From Octopus vulgaris (lineage: Eukaryota), in assembly GCA_951406725.2 (NCBI GenBank), contig OX597818.1, positions 26,412,001 to 26,476,000 of the forward strand: a stretch of 64,000 nucleotides of DNA, read 5' to 3'. Under the pieces are notes generated by a model. That model made no database searches. It saw only the letters and a program-made list of their open reading frames with translations, and had not been told where the DNA came from. The stretch's first letter is position 1. Each line of letters starts with the position of its first letter. The position numbers and the translations under genes are program-made. Shown piece after piece: positions 9,005-21,414 of the stretch.

Positions 9005-11455
9005 TATTTATTTAGTTTCAGCTCACAAGCTGTGGCCATGCTGGGGCACCGCCATTTGGTGTTGCTACATGATTTTACTTCACAAATGCTTTTTAGCAAT
9101 TGCCATCTGGTGCATGAGAGAGTTCGATGCAGCTGCCCTCATCTGCACCTCCTGCCGTGAAGTTGGTTCATCTGGAACACCTGACAAGAAGAAATCCAGT
9201 TTCATTTTAAAGACATCTGCATCCACCCCATGCAGGTCTCTTAGGTTCTTTGGGAGGATATTGAAGAGCTGTGGACCTCAGAAGCCCAGGCTATCACAGT
9301 ATCTTGTCCCACATCTTGATGGCAAATTTGGAGTCCTTGGCACTATGCAGTGGCACCCAGTTCTGGCATTTGTGTAACTCTCGATGCCAAAGTTTGGGAC
9401 AAGTCCTTCTAGGATCTTCCAGATGTATATTATGGCATATCTTTCTTGCCTATGCTTTAAGGAATAGAGTCTCAATCTCTTGAGTCTTTCCCAATAGCTT
9501 ATATGCTGCACAGAGGTTATCTTCTTCGTGTAGCTTTGTTGGATCGCCTCAAGTTCTGTGATTAACTTGACACTGGATGGTGACCATAGCTGAGAGCAAT
9601 AGTCAAAGTGGCTTAGGACAAGTGTCCTCCAGAGGACCATCATGGTTTCCTGGTCTCTTGTTCTAAAGGTTCTAAGAATCCATCCGGTCAGCCGCCTACA
9701 TTTCATTGCCAATTTAGCAACATGCACATGAAAGGTTGCATCATCACTCATGTAAATACCCAGGTCTCGCACTAATTGTGCCTCTGGGATTGCAATCCTT
9801 CCAGGTCCAGTGTATTTATTGGGTATTGCATTTAGTTTTGCATGCTGATAGTATAAAGCTTGAAACTTTTCAGCATTGAACTGCATGCTATTCTTTTCAG
9901 CCCACTTGTATATTTTGTCCAGCTCACATTGCAGGTGCTTAGTGTCTTCAGGGTTCTGTATTGCCTGTAAAACTTTTGTATCATCTGCATAACTTGTGAT
10001 CGCGGCTCTCTGCGTGGCTGAGGGCATGTCTGAGAGGGCCATTATGAACAGTAGTGGTCCCAAAACAGTGCCTTGCGGAACACCGCTCACTATTTGCGTG
10101 TTAATGGAAGTGGCCCCATTGGCTACTACCACCTGACTTCTATCCTTCAGAAAGTCATGAAGCCATTCTCCCAATTTTCCAACTATGCCAAGATCACGCA
10201 ATTTGTGACATATCATTCCATGATCGACTTTATCAAAGGCCTTTGCAAAGTTGAGATATATGACTTCCACATTTGAGTGGTTGAGCAGTCGTTTCAGCAC
10301 CCAGTCATAGTGTTGTAGGAGCTGAGTTAAGCAGCTTCTTCCTGGTCGGAAACCATGTTGGGTGTCAGGCAGCAAGTCATTTTCTTCAAGGAAGGTGATT
10401 AGTTTCCTTCTGACTATTCGTTCCATGACCTTGCTGATGTGTGAGGTCAGAGAGATAGGTCTGTAGTTCTTGGCCTCCGCTCTGCTACCTCCTTTATGAA
10501 TAGGGCATATTTTACCTTCCTTCAGTTTTCTTGGAAGTTTGCCAGTTGCAAGGAAGCTCTGAAAGAGGAACTGCAGTGGTCTTGCTAGGACTCTCTTACA
10601 TACTTTTAGAAGGATTGCTGAGAATCCATCGGGGCCAGTAGCTGAGTTTGTTTTCATTTCATCAATAGCCTTTATTACATCGTCTTCCTTTATATTGATG
10701 TAATCAATCATCGATGCCTCTGATTTTATATCTGCAGTGGTAAAGAAGTCAGTTGGATTGCTGACTTGAAAATGCCCTAGGGGTGGAGTGAAAATAATCT
10801 TGAATTGCTCATTTAGTATTTCACTTACCCTCATTGGATTTCCTGTGAGTGTGCCATCCTTTTCAAGGAGTGGCCCTATCCTACAGTGCACTGTAGCTGT
10901 TTCTTTGGCATACCTGTAGAAAGTTCTGGGGTTAGATTTTATGTTGTCTATAGCCCAGGCTTCTTTGTCTGCTCTTTCTTTTTCATGGGAGAGTTGCAGA
11001 CATTTTTCAATTTCCAACAGTTTTATTTTCAGGCGGAACTTTTCACTGCTTTCAATTTGTTTGTTTAGGCGATTTGAAACTTTTGTATGCTGTCTCATTA
11101 GAATTTTCCTCTCTCTGGGGATTTTGCTCTTGTGTGCAGTGGCCTTTCTCTCTGGGACATACTTGTAGCATATGGCTTGCATTACAGACATGAATTGTTG
11201 AAGTTTCATGTCGATGTCTGGCGAGGATAGACATTCAGGCCAGTTTTGTTTGAGGATCTCTTTCTCAATTTGTTTCCAGTTTGCCTTATGGAAGTTCAAG
11301 CGGGAAAGATTCTGAGAGTTTCTTGTAGGCTGCATGTCCATGCTTTCCTTTGGCCCGTACATAGTCAGCTCTACCATGTTGTGATCCGAGAGTAGTGTCG
11401 GCGTCACTTTCACATTATGGATGAGATCCATATTATTTGTGAAGCAGAGATCCAG
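9005..11455 (-). mobile_element. 5'-truncated CR1/L2-group LINE
   Basis: End of the APE domain (LDLCF..SDHN), full RT and a 3' UTR ending ggcggtgccccagcatggccacagcttgtgagctgaaact followed by (AAAT)n. The 5' break abuts (TA)n. Confidence 0.9.
9278..11431 (-). CDS. LINE ORF2 reverse transcriptase (CR1/L2 type), truncated and probably inactive
   Basis: 717 aa with GPDG, NYRPISLTS, QHGFRPGRSC, GVPQGTVLGPLLF, YADD and RDLG. Motif A reads YLNFAKAFD (D>N). Confidence 0.9.
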   Translation of the reverse strand: MDLIHNVKVTPTLLSDHNMVELTMYGPKESMDMQPTRNSQNLSRLNFHKANWKQIEKEILKQNWPECLSSPDIDMKLQQFMSVMQAICYKYVPERKATAHKSKIPRERKILMRQHTKVSNRLNKQIESSEKFRLKIKLLEIEKCLQLSHEKERADKEAWAIDNIKSNPRTFYRYAKETATVHCRIGPLLEKDGTLTGNPMRVSEILNEQFKIIFTPPLGHFQVSNPTDFFTTADIKSEASMIDYINIKEDDVIKAIDEMKTNSATGPDGFSAILLKVCKRVLARPLQFLFQSFLATGKLPRKLKEGKICPIHKGGSRAEAKNYRPISLTSHISKVMERIVRRKLITFLEENDLLPDTQHGFRPGRSCLTQLLQHYDWVLKRLLNHSNVEVIYLNFAKAFDKVDHGMICHKLRDLGIVGKLGEWLHDFLKDRSQVVVANGATSINTQIVSGVPQGTVLGPLLFIMALSDMPSATQRAAITSYADDTKVLQAIQNPEDTKHLQCELDKIYKWAEKNSMQFNAEKFQALYYQHAKLNAIPNKYTGPGRIAIPEAQLVRDLGIYMSDDATFHVHVAKLAMKCRRLTGWILRTFRTRDQETMMVLWRTLVLSHFDYCSQLWSPSSVKLITELEAIQQSYTKKITSVQHISYWERLKRLRLYSLKHRQERYAIIYIWKILEGLVPNFGIESYTNARTGCHCIVPRTPNLPSRCGTRYCDSLGF

Positions 11456-11492
<37 letters not shown>

Positions 11493-11514
11493 TGTGTGTA
11501 TATATATATATATA

Positions 11515-11665
11515 TGATGGGCTTCTTTTAGTTTCTATCTACAAACCAAGCTTTGGTCAGCCTGAGGCTATAGTAGAAAACATTTGCCATAGGTGCCATG
11601 CAGTGAGACTGAACCCAGAACCATGTGGTTGGGAAGCTGGCTTCTTACCTCACAGGCATGCTTAT
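11515..11665 (-). mobile_element. SINE family B, 5' half
   Basis: Reverse complement of the head (...cccaaccacatggttctgggttcagtctcactgcatggcacc) of the SINE at 45651. Confidence 0.7.
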
Positions 11666-12287
11666 ATATATATGTGTGTGTGTTTGTGCATGTGTGTGTG
11701 TGCGTGCGTGCGTACATGCATGTGTGTGTGAGTGATTGTGTATATATGTGTGTGTGTATATATATATATATATATTATATATGTTTTGTGTGTGTTTCAT
11801 TAAACACATGATTGTGTTCAAGTTTTATCCTTTTTATTTGTATTCAATGTTTCCAGACCTTCAGTATCATTTTCAAGAAACGAATATATTTGGTATCTGT
11901 GTTTGCTATATATTGGTTGAATTAGAGTAGACTTTCCTGCCAAAGGTGTTTTGATTGTTGACTTCATGCATCAGCAGTCACATGTTGATTTGTTTATCAT
12001 GGTCAAACTTTGATGTTATGTTTTATTATTTTTTTTTATGTCAGTGGCCATTTATAAATTTTTTGATGTGTGTGTTTGTGTGTTAATTTTGGCATTGTAT
12101 TGTGATATGAATATAGTTTCCATAACTAATCTTCTGTTTTTGTGTGCAATAACACAAAGCACACATAAAATCTATAACATGGACCAAATGCACAAAAACT
12201 ATTGAACAGATGAACATATAATAAATAAAACCCTCATAAAACAGAACACAAAATGCATCACACTAGACCATAGACATAAACTAATAA

Positions 12288-12772
12288 CACTGTGTAACAT
12301 GATTTTTGTCCTTGGGTGGCAACTGCTATTTCCAATTTGCTATCCCTAGAAAGTGTGAATAATGGTTAATATTTCTTTCAAATTTTTCTTTTGCTACATT
12401 TATTCAAACCCCAAAGAATGCCTTTCAACACATAGCTATGAGGCCTCCTCCACTACTCCTGCTCACGATCAGAGATGCACATATTGTCAGCCACTAAGGG
12501 ACATGCTCAAGTGGTTAAGGTCAAACAACTGACAAGCAAATATGTGGTATTGAGCAGAATATTTGCTATAACAATATTTCTGCTTCAGCAATTCAGTGCT
12601 GAATCTGTCTGAAATGTAATGGAAAATAGGTCAGTTTTAAAACATTGGTGTCCAGCTCACAAAAGCAAAGTTTGAAGGGAATGGTAGTAATTTCTTTTGA
12701 TTTCTAAATAGAAGCTAATTGGAAATAACACTGACCAAAGACAAAAAAAAAATTAAAACTTGTTACACAATA
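12288..12772. mobile_element. MITE with imperfect terminal inverted repeats
   Basis: tgtgtaacatgatttttgtccttgg...gctatttccaatttgct versus agctaattggaaataac...ccaaagacaaaaa...tgttacaca. Confidence 0.55.
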
Positions 12773-14449
12773 TGATATACTATGAAAACATCAAAACCAA
12801 AAACTTCCTCATCATGAATATTCCACAAGCATGTAAACTTGAAAACAACCTGTGAGTGGCCAATGTGATCTATAAATTTGACTGTAAAACTGAAAATTGT
12901 AAACTTCAGGACTGTAGCTGTTACACTGGACACTTGTCAGTGAGGACTAAAAAGTTGGCAGACAAGTTGCCAGGTTTAACTCTTGACTATCTGTAAGGTA
13001 TAGTCCAACACGCAGCTCTATTTGTCAACCAATCTTGAAACACATAATATCACTAGAATTGTACTGACTTTGTTCACATTTCTTTTGAAGAATGTGAAGA
13101 ACATGCTAATGTAACAGAGAAAACTCCAATCCCCTTTTCTACTAATATTTATTTCTGTTCTGTAACAGAATCATTGTAGGATGAGAATTTTGATTTAGAA
13201 AATTTTCAGGAGGATTTTAAGAATTAATAAAATGAAATAATTTTGTCTAGCAACATGATGAAGAAAGAGGAATAAAATGGCTGGAAAGTGTCTTTGGTTT
13301 TCTCAATAATAAAGAGGAATTAGAGCTAAAAGTTTCCCTTAATTTTTTTTCCAGTATGGTCTGATATTTGGCAGTTTAAGAATTATTGCACTTGAATTAT
13401 GTAAATTTCATGTATTTTGAAATGTGAATGTGTTAGTGTTATTGTTATTAAAGTGGGTTTTTTTTAAACAGTGTTTATTAAGGAGAGGTTTTCCTCATTA
13501 GTCTTTCAAATTACCAAAATTACACAGTATAACTATTACCTATACATACAGCAATGCAAAACAGAGAGGGAGTCTCTATACAGTTACTTGGCCTGCTAGA
13601 AATACTTGTCAAATCTCCCTTCAAATCACATCCTTCATGTTGCCTTCAAAAAGAAATAAAAATTAAAAGACATTGGGCTGTGTATGTCTGCAAAAAGATG
13701 GAATGTTTACAGCTGAAATGTCTATAATCACAGGTTTGTTCAGTTAGGATTGTTGTGGGACTAGACAACACATGGCAATAAAGTATACTTCTCTATAATG
13801 AGTATTTACCTACATAATGGGCTAAATTATTAGTGCACTAGTCAATCTCTTCGTGATTGACTAGTGTTCTTACTCATGTGTTATCACTAGCACAGTATTA
13901 TGTCAATGGTAAGATCATTTAACTTTTAACTATTGAGTCTATTTAGTTGTTATTGTTATTTAGCCACAAGCCAGCTCTTACCAAGCAGATCTATGATCAA
14001 AGATCTCCTGGCCATGGCTAGTTTATCTTTATTGTGAACTTAGTGCATAGAAGTTCACATTAAGAAATGCATTCAGTTTTAAGGTAGATGGGTTGATTAG
14101 CGGGAGATTTGGCTGTTATTTCTTGTAAGCTAAATGACTGCATTGGGGCTCTCACATATTTCACCATTGTTGTTCATTACATTGAAACCCTGAGTTCAAG
14201 TCCTCTTATGAAAATGGTTCCCTACAGTTGTATGGCATCCTCTTGAGTGAAGGATGTAGCTTTAACATGCTTTATGGGAGAGTGGTAGAGAAAACAAATC
14301 TGTGTGCTATCTCTGGATCTTCTGGTTCAAATGGGATTAAAGACATGTAATGTGAGCCATTGAGAGTTTAGCATTTTGTCAGAAACAGTACAGTAATAAG
14401 AGCATGACATGAATTGTTGACTCTTATTTAAAAAGGCTCACAAACTTAT

Positions 14450-15900
14450 AAAAATTCCAACTCAACTAACATCTCATGCATTATCATTACTGCCACTAAT
14501 GTCTGCAATGATGGACATAATTAATACATGTGATATAAGAAATCTGCAATATTAATACTAAGACAAGTTGAATCTTGTGCACAAGATATATATTTTGAGA
14601 AATTAAAGTGTGATTATTTGTACATGTCTTATGTTATTAAATTCAAATAGCTTTGGTAGTGATAATTTCTTATTAAACAAAGTAAAATTAGACAGATTTT
14701 ACCATTTAAAATCATATGAAAGCATTCAATGTTTTAATATTATAAACCATCAAACAACATTTCAGTTTTCAATGCACTTATTAACTACTCCACAACTTTG
14801 ATCAGTGAATTTAATGACAGCGTGAATAAAACAAAAGATTTTGTTGATATTTCAATCAAATCCTATGACTATGTTTGTAGAAAACTTGATTTTTAATCAT
14901 GATATATGCATACATGAAAACATTTAATTTAAAAGAGAATAATTTTGGCAAAAAATAACATAATATCTAATGAATAAAACAAAATGGTATTGCTTCCAGT
15001 CTACTATTGATATGATTAAAAAAACAGAATAAAACAACTTTCCTTTAAAGAAAGTTAATATGGAATCAACAATAATTGCGCTCTGACAATAAATCTTACA
15101 ATTTTACTCAAGAACTTTGAAAGATATTGTTACATAAAAAAAAATGTTTACATTGCAACTTTGAAAGATATAAATATGCTGAAAGAAAGTAACATTATAA
15201 CAGGTTTAATTGCCAAAATATTGCAGATCAGGTTGATCTTCCAAAGGTCATTGAATATCGAAATCGATAAGCCAGACATTGGAAAACTCTTTCTAACAAT
15301 AGACCTTTACTATTCATAAATCAGAGTCCACCACAAAAAGAATATTTTTAAAAAACATGTAGTACAGAGTACACCATGTACTACTTGTTGACCATGCTTG
15401 CTGTCTATGAATTGTATACACTTCCATACTCAAACACAAATACTTGGCTCTGGCCAAACACCCCGAAAAGTATCTTATAATTTTGTTTGTTCTAGATTCT
15501 ATATATTGCAAAGTCATAAAGTCATTTACGGCAGCTGCTAGTTTTCAAACCTTTTTGTGTTCTACAATGATACAGAAGAATTGTAAGCAATACCTTTATT
15601 ATGTCTAGGATAAAGTTTTCTTTAATTGAATAATTCAAGTGATCATATCTGGCAGTTACTTCCAATAGTTATTTTATAGATTTGTTCCAGACAATGTATC
15701 TAGTGATCTAGTAATAACGAATAATTTATCTGCAATTATGTCAATATGCCTACTAATATCTCATTTAAAGAATAACCAGATTTGCTTCACAATGGATTTC
15801 TATTAGTGGCTAATTAAATCAACAAATAAATCTTTTTAACAACTATTGGTTGTCATTATGGAAAATTAGAGAAATAAAATCATCTTGATTTAGAAATAAA
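14450..15900 (-). pseudogene. Decayed hAT (Charlie/SPIN-like) transposase remnant
   Basis: Minus strand RYFSGCLARAK...TIHRQ resembles the hAT G..SG..AR.K...HC.IHRQAL region. It is followed by SKGLLLERVF..LAY (cf. RWLSKG..LERVF...LAYL.DIF). Boundaries approximate. Confidence 0.5.
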
Positions 15901-15924
15901 GATTATACATCACCTATATATATA

Positions 15925-16237
15925 TATCACCATGATCACCGTGACCGACCAGGCTATCAGATGTTGCTACACATCGCTGGTCACAATGTGCTTCACATTG
16001 TTTTAGCCTTCAAATGATGCCACTTCGCTGGCTAAGCGAGCAGGCCAACAGAAGAAAGAGTGAGAGAAAGTTGTGGCGAAAGAGTACAACAGGGATCACC
16101 ACCACCTCCTGCCGGAGCCTCGTGGGGCTTTAGGTGTTTTCGCTCAATAAACACTCACAATGCCTGGTCTGGGAATCGAAACCGTGATCCTACAACCGCA
16201 AGTCCGCTGCCCTAACCACTGGGCCATTGCGCCTCCA
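15925..16237 (-). mobile_element. tRNA-derived SINE family C, full length
   Basis: Minus strand begins ggaggcgcaatggcccagtggttagggcagcggac (A box)...ggtttcgattccc (B box) and ends cacggtgatcatggtga; TA-flanked. Confidence 0.85.
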
Positions 16238-16310
16238 TATATATCGCGTGTGTACTGTTGGCGATTTTTTCCCCTCCGCCTTCCCTTCTCTGGATTTTTC
16301 CTTTTCCTAT

Positions 16311-16345
16311 GTTTCTGACGAAGAGTTCCGCTTGAAACGTTAAAC
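16311..16345 (+). ncRNA. Ultra-minimal hammerhead motif in a pLTR-like repeat (16243-16447)
   Basis: gttt-CTGACGA-agagttccgctt-GAAAC-GTT-aaac. Helix I gttt/aaac; palindromic AACGTT in place of helix III. Confidence 0.6.
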
Positions 16346-16442
16346 CCTCCTTCTTCCCTTCCTTCCTGAGCGTCCAATAATACTATATTTGTTCCATGTC
16401 CTCGCGTTGTTGTGTTTTCTCTTTATGTTTTCATGTTTGGAT

Positions 16443-16491
<49 letters not shown>

Positions 16492-16784
16492 TTATGTTTC
16501 TTTTTATGTGAAATTATATACAAAAACAATTTAGTATTAATCTGAAAAATTACTCGACATCTTTTTAGTAGAATACATTTTTATTTAACTTTTAAAAGTA
16601 GAAGGATGATAGTTTTGACCAGTTAGTTTTTGTCAGACTATACCACACTTGACCTCCTTTTTGGTTTTATACAGCTTTTGGCAAGTTGTCTTTCTGGGGT
16701 AGGTGGAGCTATGTGAAATGATAATTAGATGTGATGCACATAGATCTGGGAAGTAGATATATAGGAAGGGAGGTAAAAGAGGAT

Positions 16785-18357
16785 GAAGTGCAGTCATCTC
16801 TCTTGCACACTACATCAGATGCTTCTGAAGTCCAACTTTTCTCTCAGGGCACTTACACTCTGTCATGTATGCACACTGACATTACACACCCAACAGAGCA
16901 CACTGGCTTCATTCCTTGCAAGCTTACACATGTCCTCAGCAGTCATGGCCTTTGTTTCCCTGCTGTGTAGCATGGCTGTTTGCACACATGCGTCATACAG
17001 TCTACCTTTTAAATTGAGCGAGAGGTCCTTTGTCACCAGCAGAGGTAGGAGCTCTCTGAACTTTTCCCAGACTATTCTTATTCTAGCAGCTACACTCTCA
17101 GAGTATCCACCCCTGCTACTGACTTAGTCACCTAGGTAACGGAAGCTATCAACTACTTTTAGTTTTCCCCCTGGCATGTGACAGAGGCTTTTTTCTGCAC
17201 ATTTTCAGTGTTTATTGCCCCTGAGCATTTGCCACACACAAAACTATCTTCCCATTTAACCTTCCTTTGATATTGCTGCACTTTTGATGTGTCCATAGCT
17301 TACACCAGGTACATCTTATGGAGTTTCTACCTACACCTTTTCTACAGATCGAGCAGGGCCACCTACCTGAAGGAATTTGTAATTTGTCTGCTTTCCTACT
17401 TATTAAGACTTTGGCCCTTGCTTCCACACCTGAAACTTCTCTAGTTCTGGTAGTGATTCAGCTATTAGAGCAAGGTCATCAGCATAGAGAAGCTCTCAGG
17501 GGCATCCTGTCTTGAATTCCTCTGTTATTGCCTGGAGGACTATGATGAATAAGAGGGGGCTGAGGACTGATCTTTGGTGGACCCTTACCCCTACCCGGAA
17601 TTCTTCACTATAATTGTTGCCAACCCTCACCTTACTGACAGCATCCCTTTATAGGGCTTGTACAGACGTCATTAACTACTCATCTATCCCTAGTTTCCGC
17701 ATTGACCTCCAGATAAGTGATTGGGAGACTCTGTCAATGGCTTTTTCCATGTCAACAAAACCCAGGTACAAAGGTTTATCTTTGGCTAGGTATTTCTCTT
17801 GCAGCTGTCTTACCAGAAATATAGCTTCAGTGATGCTTCTGCCTGGTGCAAATCCAAACTGCATCTTGTCTATACTGACTCTCTCCCTAATTAGTTGGGC
17901 TAGGACCCTCTCAGTGACTTTCATTACCTTTACCTGATCCAACAACGTGATACCTCTATAATTATTCATATCTAATGCATCACCTTTACCTTTACCATAG
18001 CAGCTGATTATGGTGCTGTTACACCAGTCATTGGGTATGACTCCTTCATGTCTCACCTGATTGATTATACGGGTGACTAGACTATAGCTGACATCACTAG
18101 TTATTTTAAGCATCTCTGTGGTAATTTCTGATGGGCTGGGTGCTTTTCCTGTCTTCATACTCTTAATTGCTTTATCTACCAAGGTACTGTCAATTCGGAT
18201 AGCTGGTCCCTCTGTTGGGTCAGCATTTGGCAGACTCTCTTTCTCTCATTCATTCTCTTTATTGAGCAACCTTTCATAGTGGTGTCTCCAAACCTCTATC
18301 TTTGCAGCCTCGTTTAGTGCAAGTCAGCCATCATCCATGTGGACACATTTCTTTCCT
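16785..18357 (-). mobile_element. RTE LINE fragment (RT plus PHD-like insert), frameshifted
   Basis: ORFs 17676-18182 (NYRGITLLD, QFGF.PGRS, DMEKA.DRV) and 17212-17427 (WPCSICRKG..CTWCKLWTH) are homologous to 23172-25019. Confidence 0.9.
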
Positions 18358-18368
18358 ATGTATGTGTA

Positions 18369-18402
<34 letters not shown>

Positions 18403-18521
18403 TATATATATTGTATATATATATGTATATACATATATATATATATATATATATACATACATACATATATATATATATGTATATATATATGTATATATAT
18501 ATATGTATGCATATATATGTA

Positions 18522-18634
<113 letters not shown>

Positions 18635-18642
18635 GTTTATCA

Positions 18643-18832
18643 AGCCAATTGACCCCAGTACTTACTATTTTTGAATCCTGGTTCTTATTCTGTTGGTCTG
18701 TTTTGTCGAACCACTAAGTTACAGGGACATAAACACACCAACAGCAGTTGTCAGGCAGTGATAGCAGACAAAAACAGATACAAAGACAAATAGACACTCC
18801 ACTTCCCCACAAGACAAGCTTGTTTCAGTTTC
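18643..18832 (-). mobile_element. SINE family B fragment
   Basis: gaaccactaagttacagggacataaacacacca..gttgtca matches the reverse complement of the family B 3' half. Confidence 0.6.
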
Positions 18833-19467
18833 GTATAATTTTAAAAAATTTTTGAGACCTATAAAAATTGATGTTTTAATGGCAGACCTTCACAATACAA
18901 TAGGTAAATCTTTCCATCATAACTCATGATTCTAAACACTTTTTTTCACAATTTTTATTTTTAGCTGATTTTAATATTACAGTTATGGCACAATGAATAA
19001 ACAAGGGAAGTACATATTTTAATGAAATATACAGTTGTTTGTTTGAGTTTCTTTTCTTCTTTACATTATACGTCCAAATAGCATTTTTAGGATGACAACA
19101 ACGATGTCAGCAATACAAGCGTCTAGCTATTTGATCCCATCTCCTCACAGCATCAGGTGTTATCAGAAGTGGTAAGAAGAGGATGATAGTAAAACAACAC
19201 TAGCAATTATTCCTTTGGATTAAGATACACACTATGGAAAGACTAGTGCAACTTTATTGTTGTTCTTACTACAACTTTTGTTGTTGATTCATTGTAGTTG
19301 TGATTATTTAGACCCAAATTAATTCTAACAGAGAAACATTCTAGACATAACCACTCCTATCAAGATCTAAATGTATATTGTTTAATTAATGATGAACTGT
19401 CTAAAGTAGAGTATGCTAATTTTAGCTAACCCCTATAGTGACAAGTCATTAACTGCTATCTTTTGTC

Positions 19468-19668
19468 TTTTACATTTTACTTATTTCAGTCATTTCACTG
19501 AGGCCAAGCTGGGGCAGCACCTTGAAGGGTTTTAAAACTACTCAGAATACTTTGGTTGGCCAAGGCTATAGCAGAAGACACTTGCCCAAGATGCCATGCA
19601 GTGGAACTGAACCCAGAACCACATGGTTGGGAAGGAAACTTATTACCACATAGTCACACCTGTGCCTA
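19468..19668 (-). mobile_element. SINE family B, internally deleted
   Basis: Head (gaagacacttgcccaag...actgaacccagaaccacatggttggga) joined to the tail (tttcagtcattt..ctgaggcca.gctgggg). Confidence 0.65.
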
Positions 19669-19879
19669 TTTAAGCAAATTTTCTAAGGATGCTAAAATAG
19701 TTGGGGAGGAAAGGTAAGAGGTAAATATATCTTGTCTGATGATTGATTCACTAATTGTGAACTGGTCCTTCTGACAGTCGGATGGGTCCCCACTATTTTC
19801 AATTTTTTCTGCAAATCAAAGGCTTAGAGGGGATGTATTTACATTCTTATATTTAATTTATCATCATCATCATCATCAT

Positions 19880-20620
19880 CTTTGTAGCAGTTGACTATTA
19901 TGCTGCTACACCAGTCATTGGGTATGACTCCTTCGTGTATCATCTGGTTAACTATACGGGTGACTAGGCTATAGCTGACACTGCCAGATATTTTGAGCAT
20001 CTCTGTGGTGATTCCTGATGGGCTGGGGGCTTTTCTTGTCTTCATACTCTTAATTGCTTTATCTACCAAGGTACTGTCAATTTGGATAGCTGGTCCCTCT
20101 GTTGGGTCAGCATTCGGCAGACTCTCTTTCTCTCATTCATTCTCTTTATTGAGCAACCTTTCATAGTGGTGTCTCCAAACCTTTCTCTTTGCAGCCTCAT
20201 TTAGTGCAAGTCAGCCATCATCCATGTGGACACATTTCTTTCCTACGACATCACAATTCTCTCTCACACATTGTCTTGCAACACGAAATACCATAAGTCT
20301 TTGGTCCTCACGGCGCAGAACATTGGCAAATTTTTTCTTATCTGCTTCCCCTTTAGCTAAATAAACCAGTCTCCTTGCTTCCCTTCTGGCAATCTGATAC
20401 AATTCCCTGCAACCACCGTTCTTCCAGTCCTTCCAAGCATGTTTCTTTTCTCTAATAGCCCTGGCAACAACATTGTTCCACCACCACATTATTTTGGATT
20501 GAGAGGGGACTTTGCACCATCCACAGATCTGGTCAATGGCCCTCAGCTGGTTGTCTTGTAGAAACCTCCAGTTGTTTTCCACATTGTGTGAAGCTATATC
20601 CCCTTCTATTTTGTCAAAGG
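19880..20620 (-). mobile_element. RTE LINE fragment (linker and RT N-terminus)
   Basis: ORFs 20211-20582 (WWWNNVVARAIREKK) and 19839-20069 (KAPSPSGITTEMLK); very similar to 18000-18357. Confidence 0.85.
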
Positions 20621-21111
20621 TTTATATTTAATTTATATACTTGCAATTATAATTATATATCATTAATTTCACACTGAAGACTTTATATGCTTAGATTTGA
20701 TTCAATATATCTAGACCTACATGACAAAATGAGTTTTTCTAATAGTATGGTGTGACAAGGCCTACATAATCTAATATGTTTATCTAATAGTAGGGTGTGA
20801 TTTGAGTGAAATTTGATTGCTATTTCTTGCTAGTTGAACAAACGCAAAGAATTCCTCTATTGTAGGCAGCAGAAATATTCAATGTATTCCATTGTACAGA
20901 GATTAATGTCTCCTGTAAGTAAAGCTTATGCAGGTGCTGTAACAATAACACCAAATATTTTGATGACCATTGGAATGGCAGTGATTATAATAATGTGGCA
21001 TTATATACCAATGCCTGTTGTGACTGAACTAACCACTATTTCCTTAGTCTGCACCTGCGAATCATTGAAAGTTTTGTTATATGTCAAGAGGAAGACTGGA
21101 TCCATTACATA

Positions 21112-21414
21112 TACGAGGTGCATTCAAAAAGTATCCTGGTTTACTTTTCCTGCTAAAACTAATGCAACATAGGGTAAACATGGTCTCTGCTCAATGCTTT
21201 TGATTATCTTGTGTGAAAATGAAAATCTGATGAGTATGCACTATGTCTGACCTCTAGGCATAACAGCTGGGAACTGGACATGACCTACTGGCACAAAAAT
21301 TTTCACATATGTGCAGGAAGGGTGGTATCACCTTCCACCTGAAGAATTTTGCCCATATGACATTGGTTTTGGTGGGAAAAAATAAAGTTGGACACTTTTT
21401 GAACACACCTCGTA
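21112..21414. mobile_element. Mariner-type MITE
   Basis: TA-cgaggtgcattcaaaaagtatcc ... ggacactttttgaacacacctcg-TA: terminal inverted repeats with TA target duplication. Confidence 0.85.
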
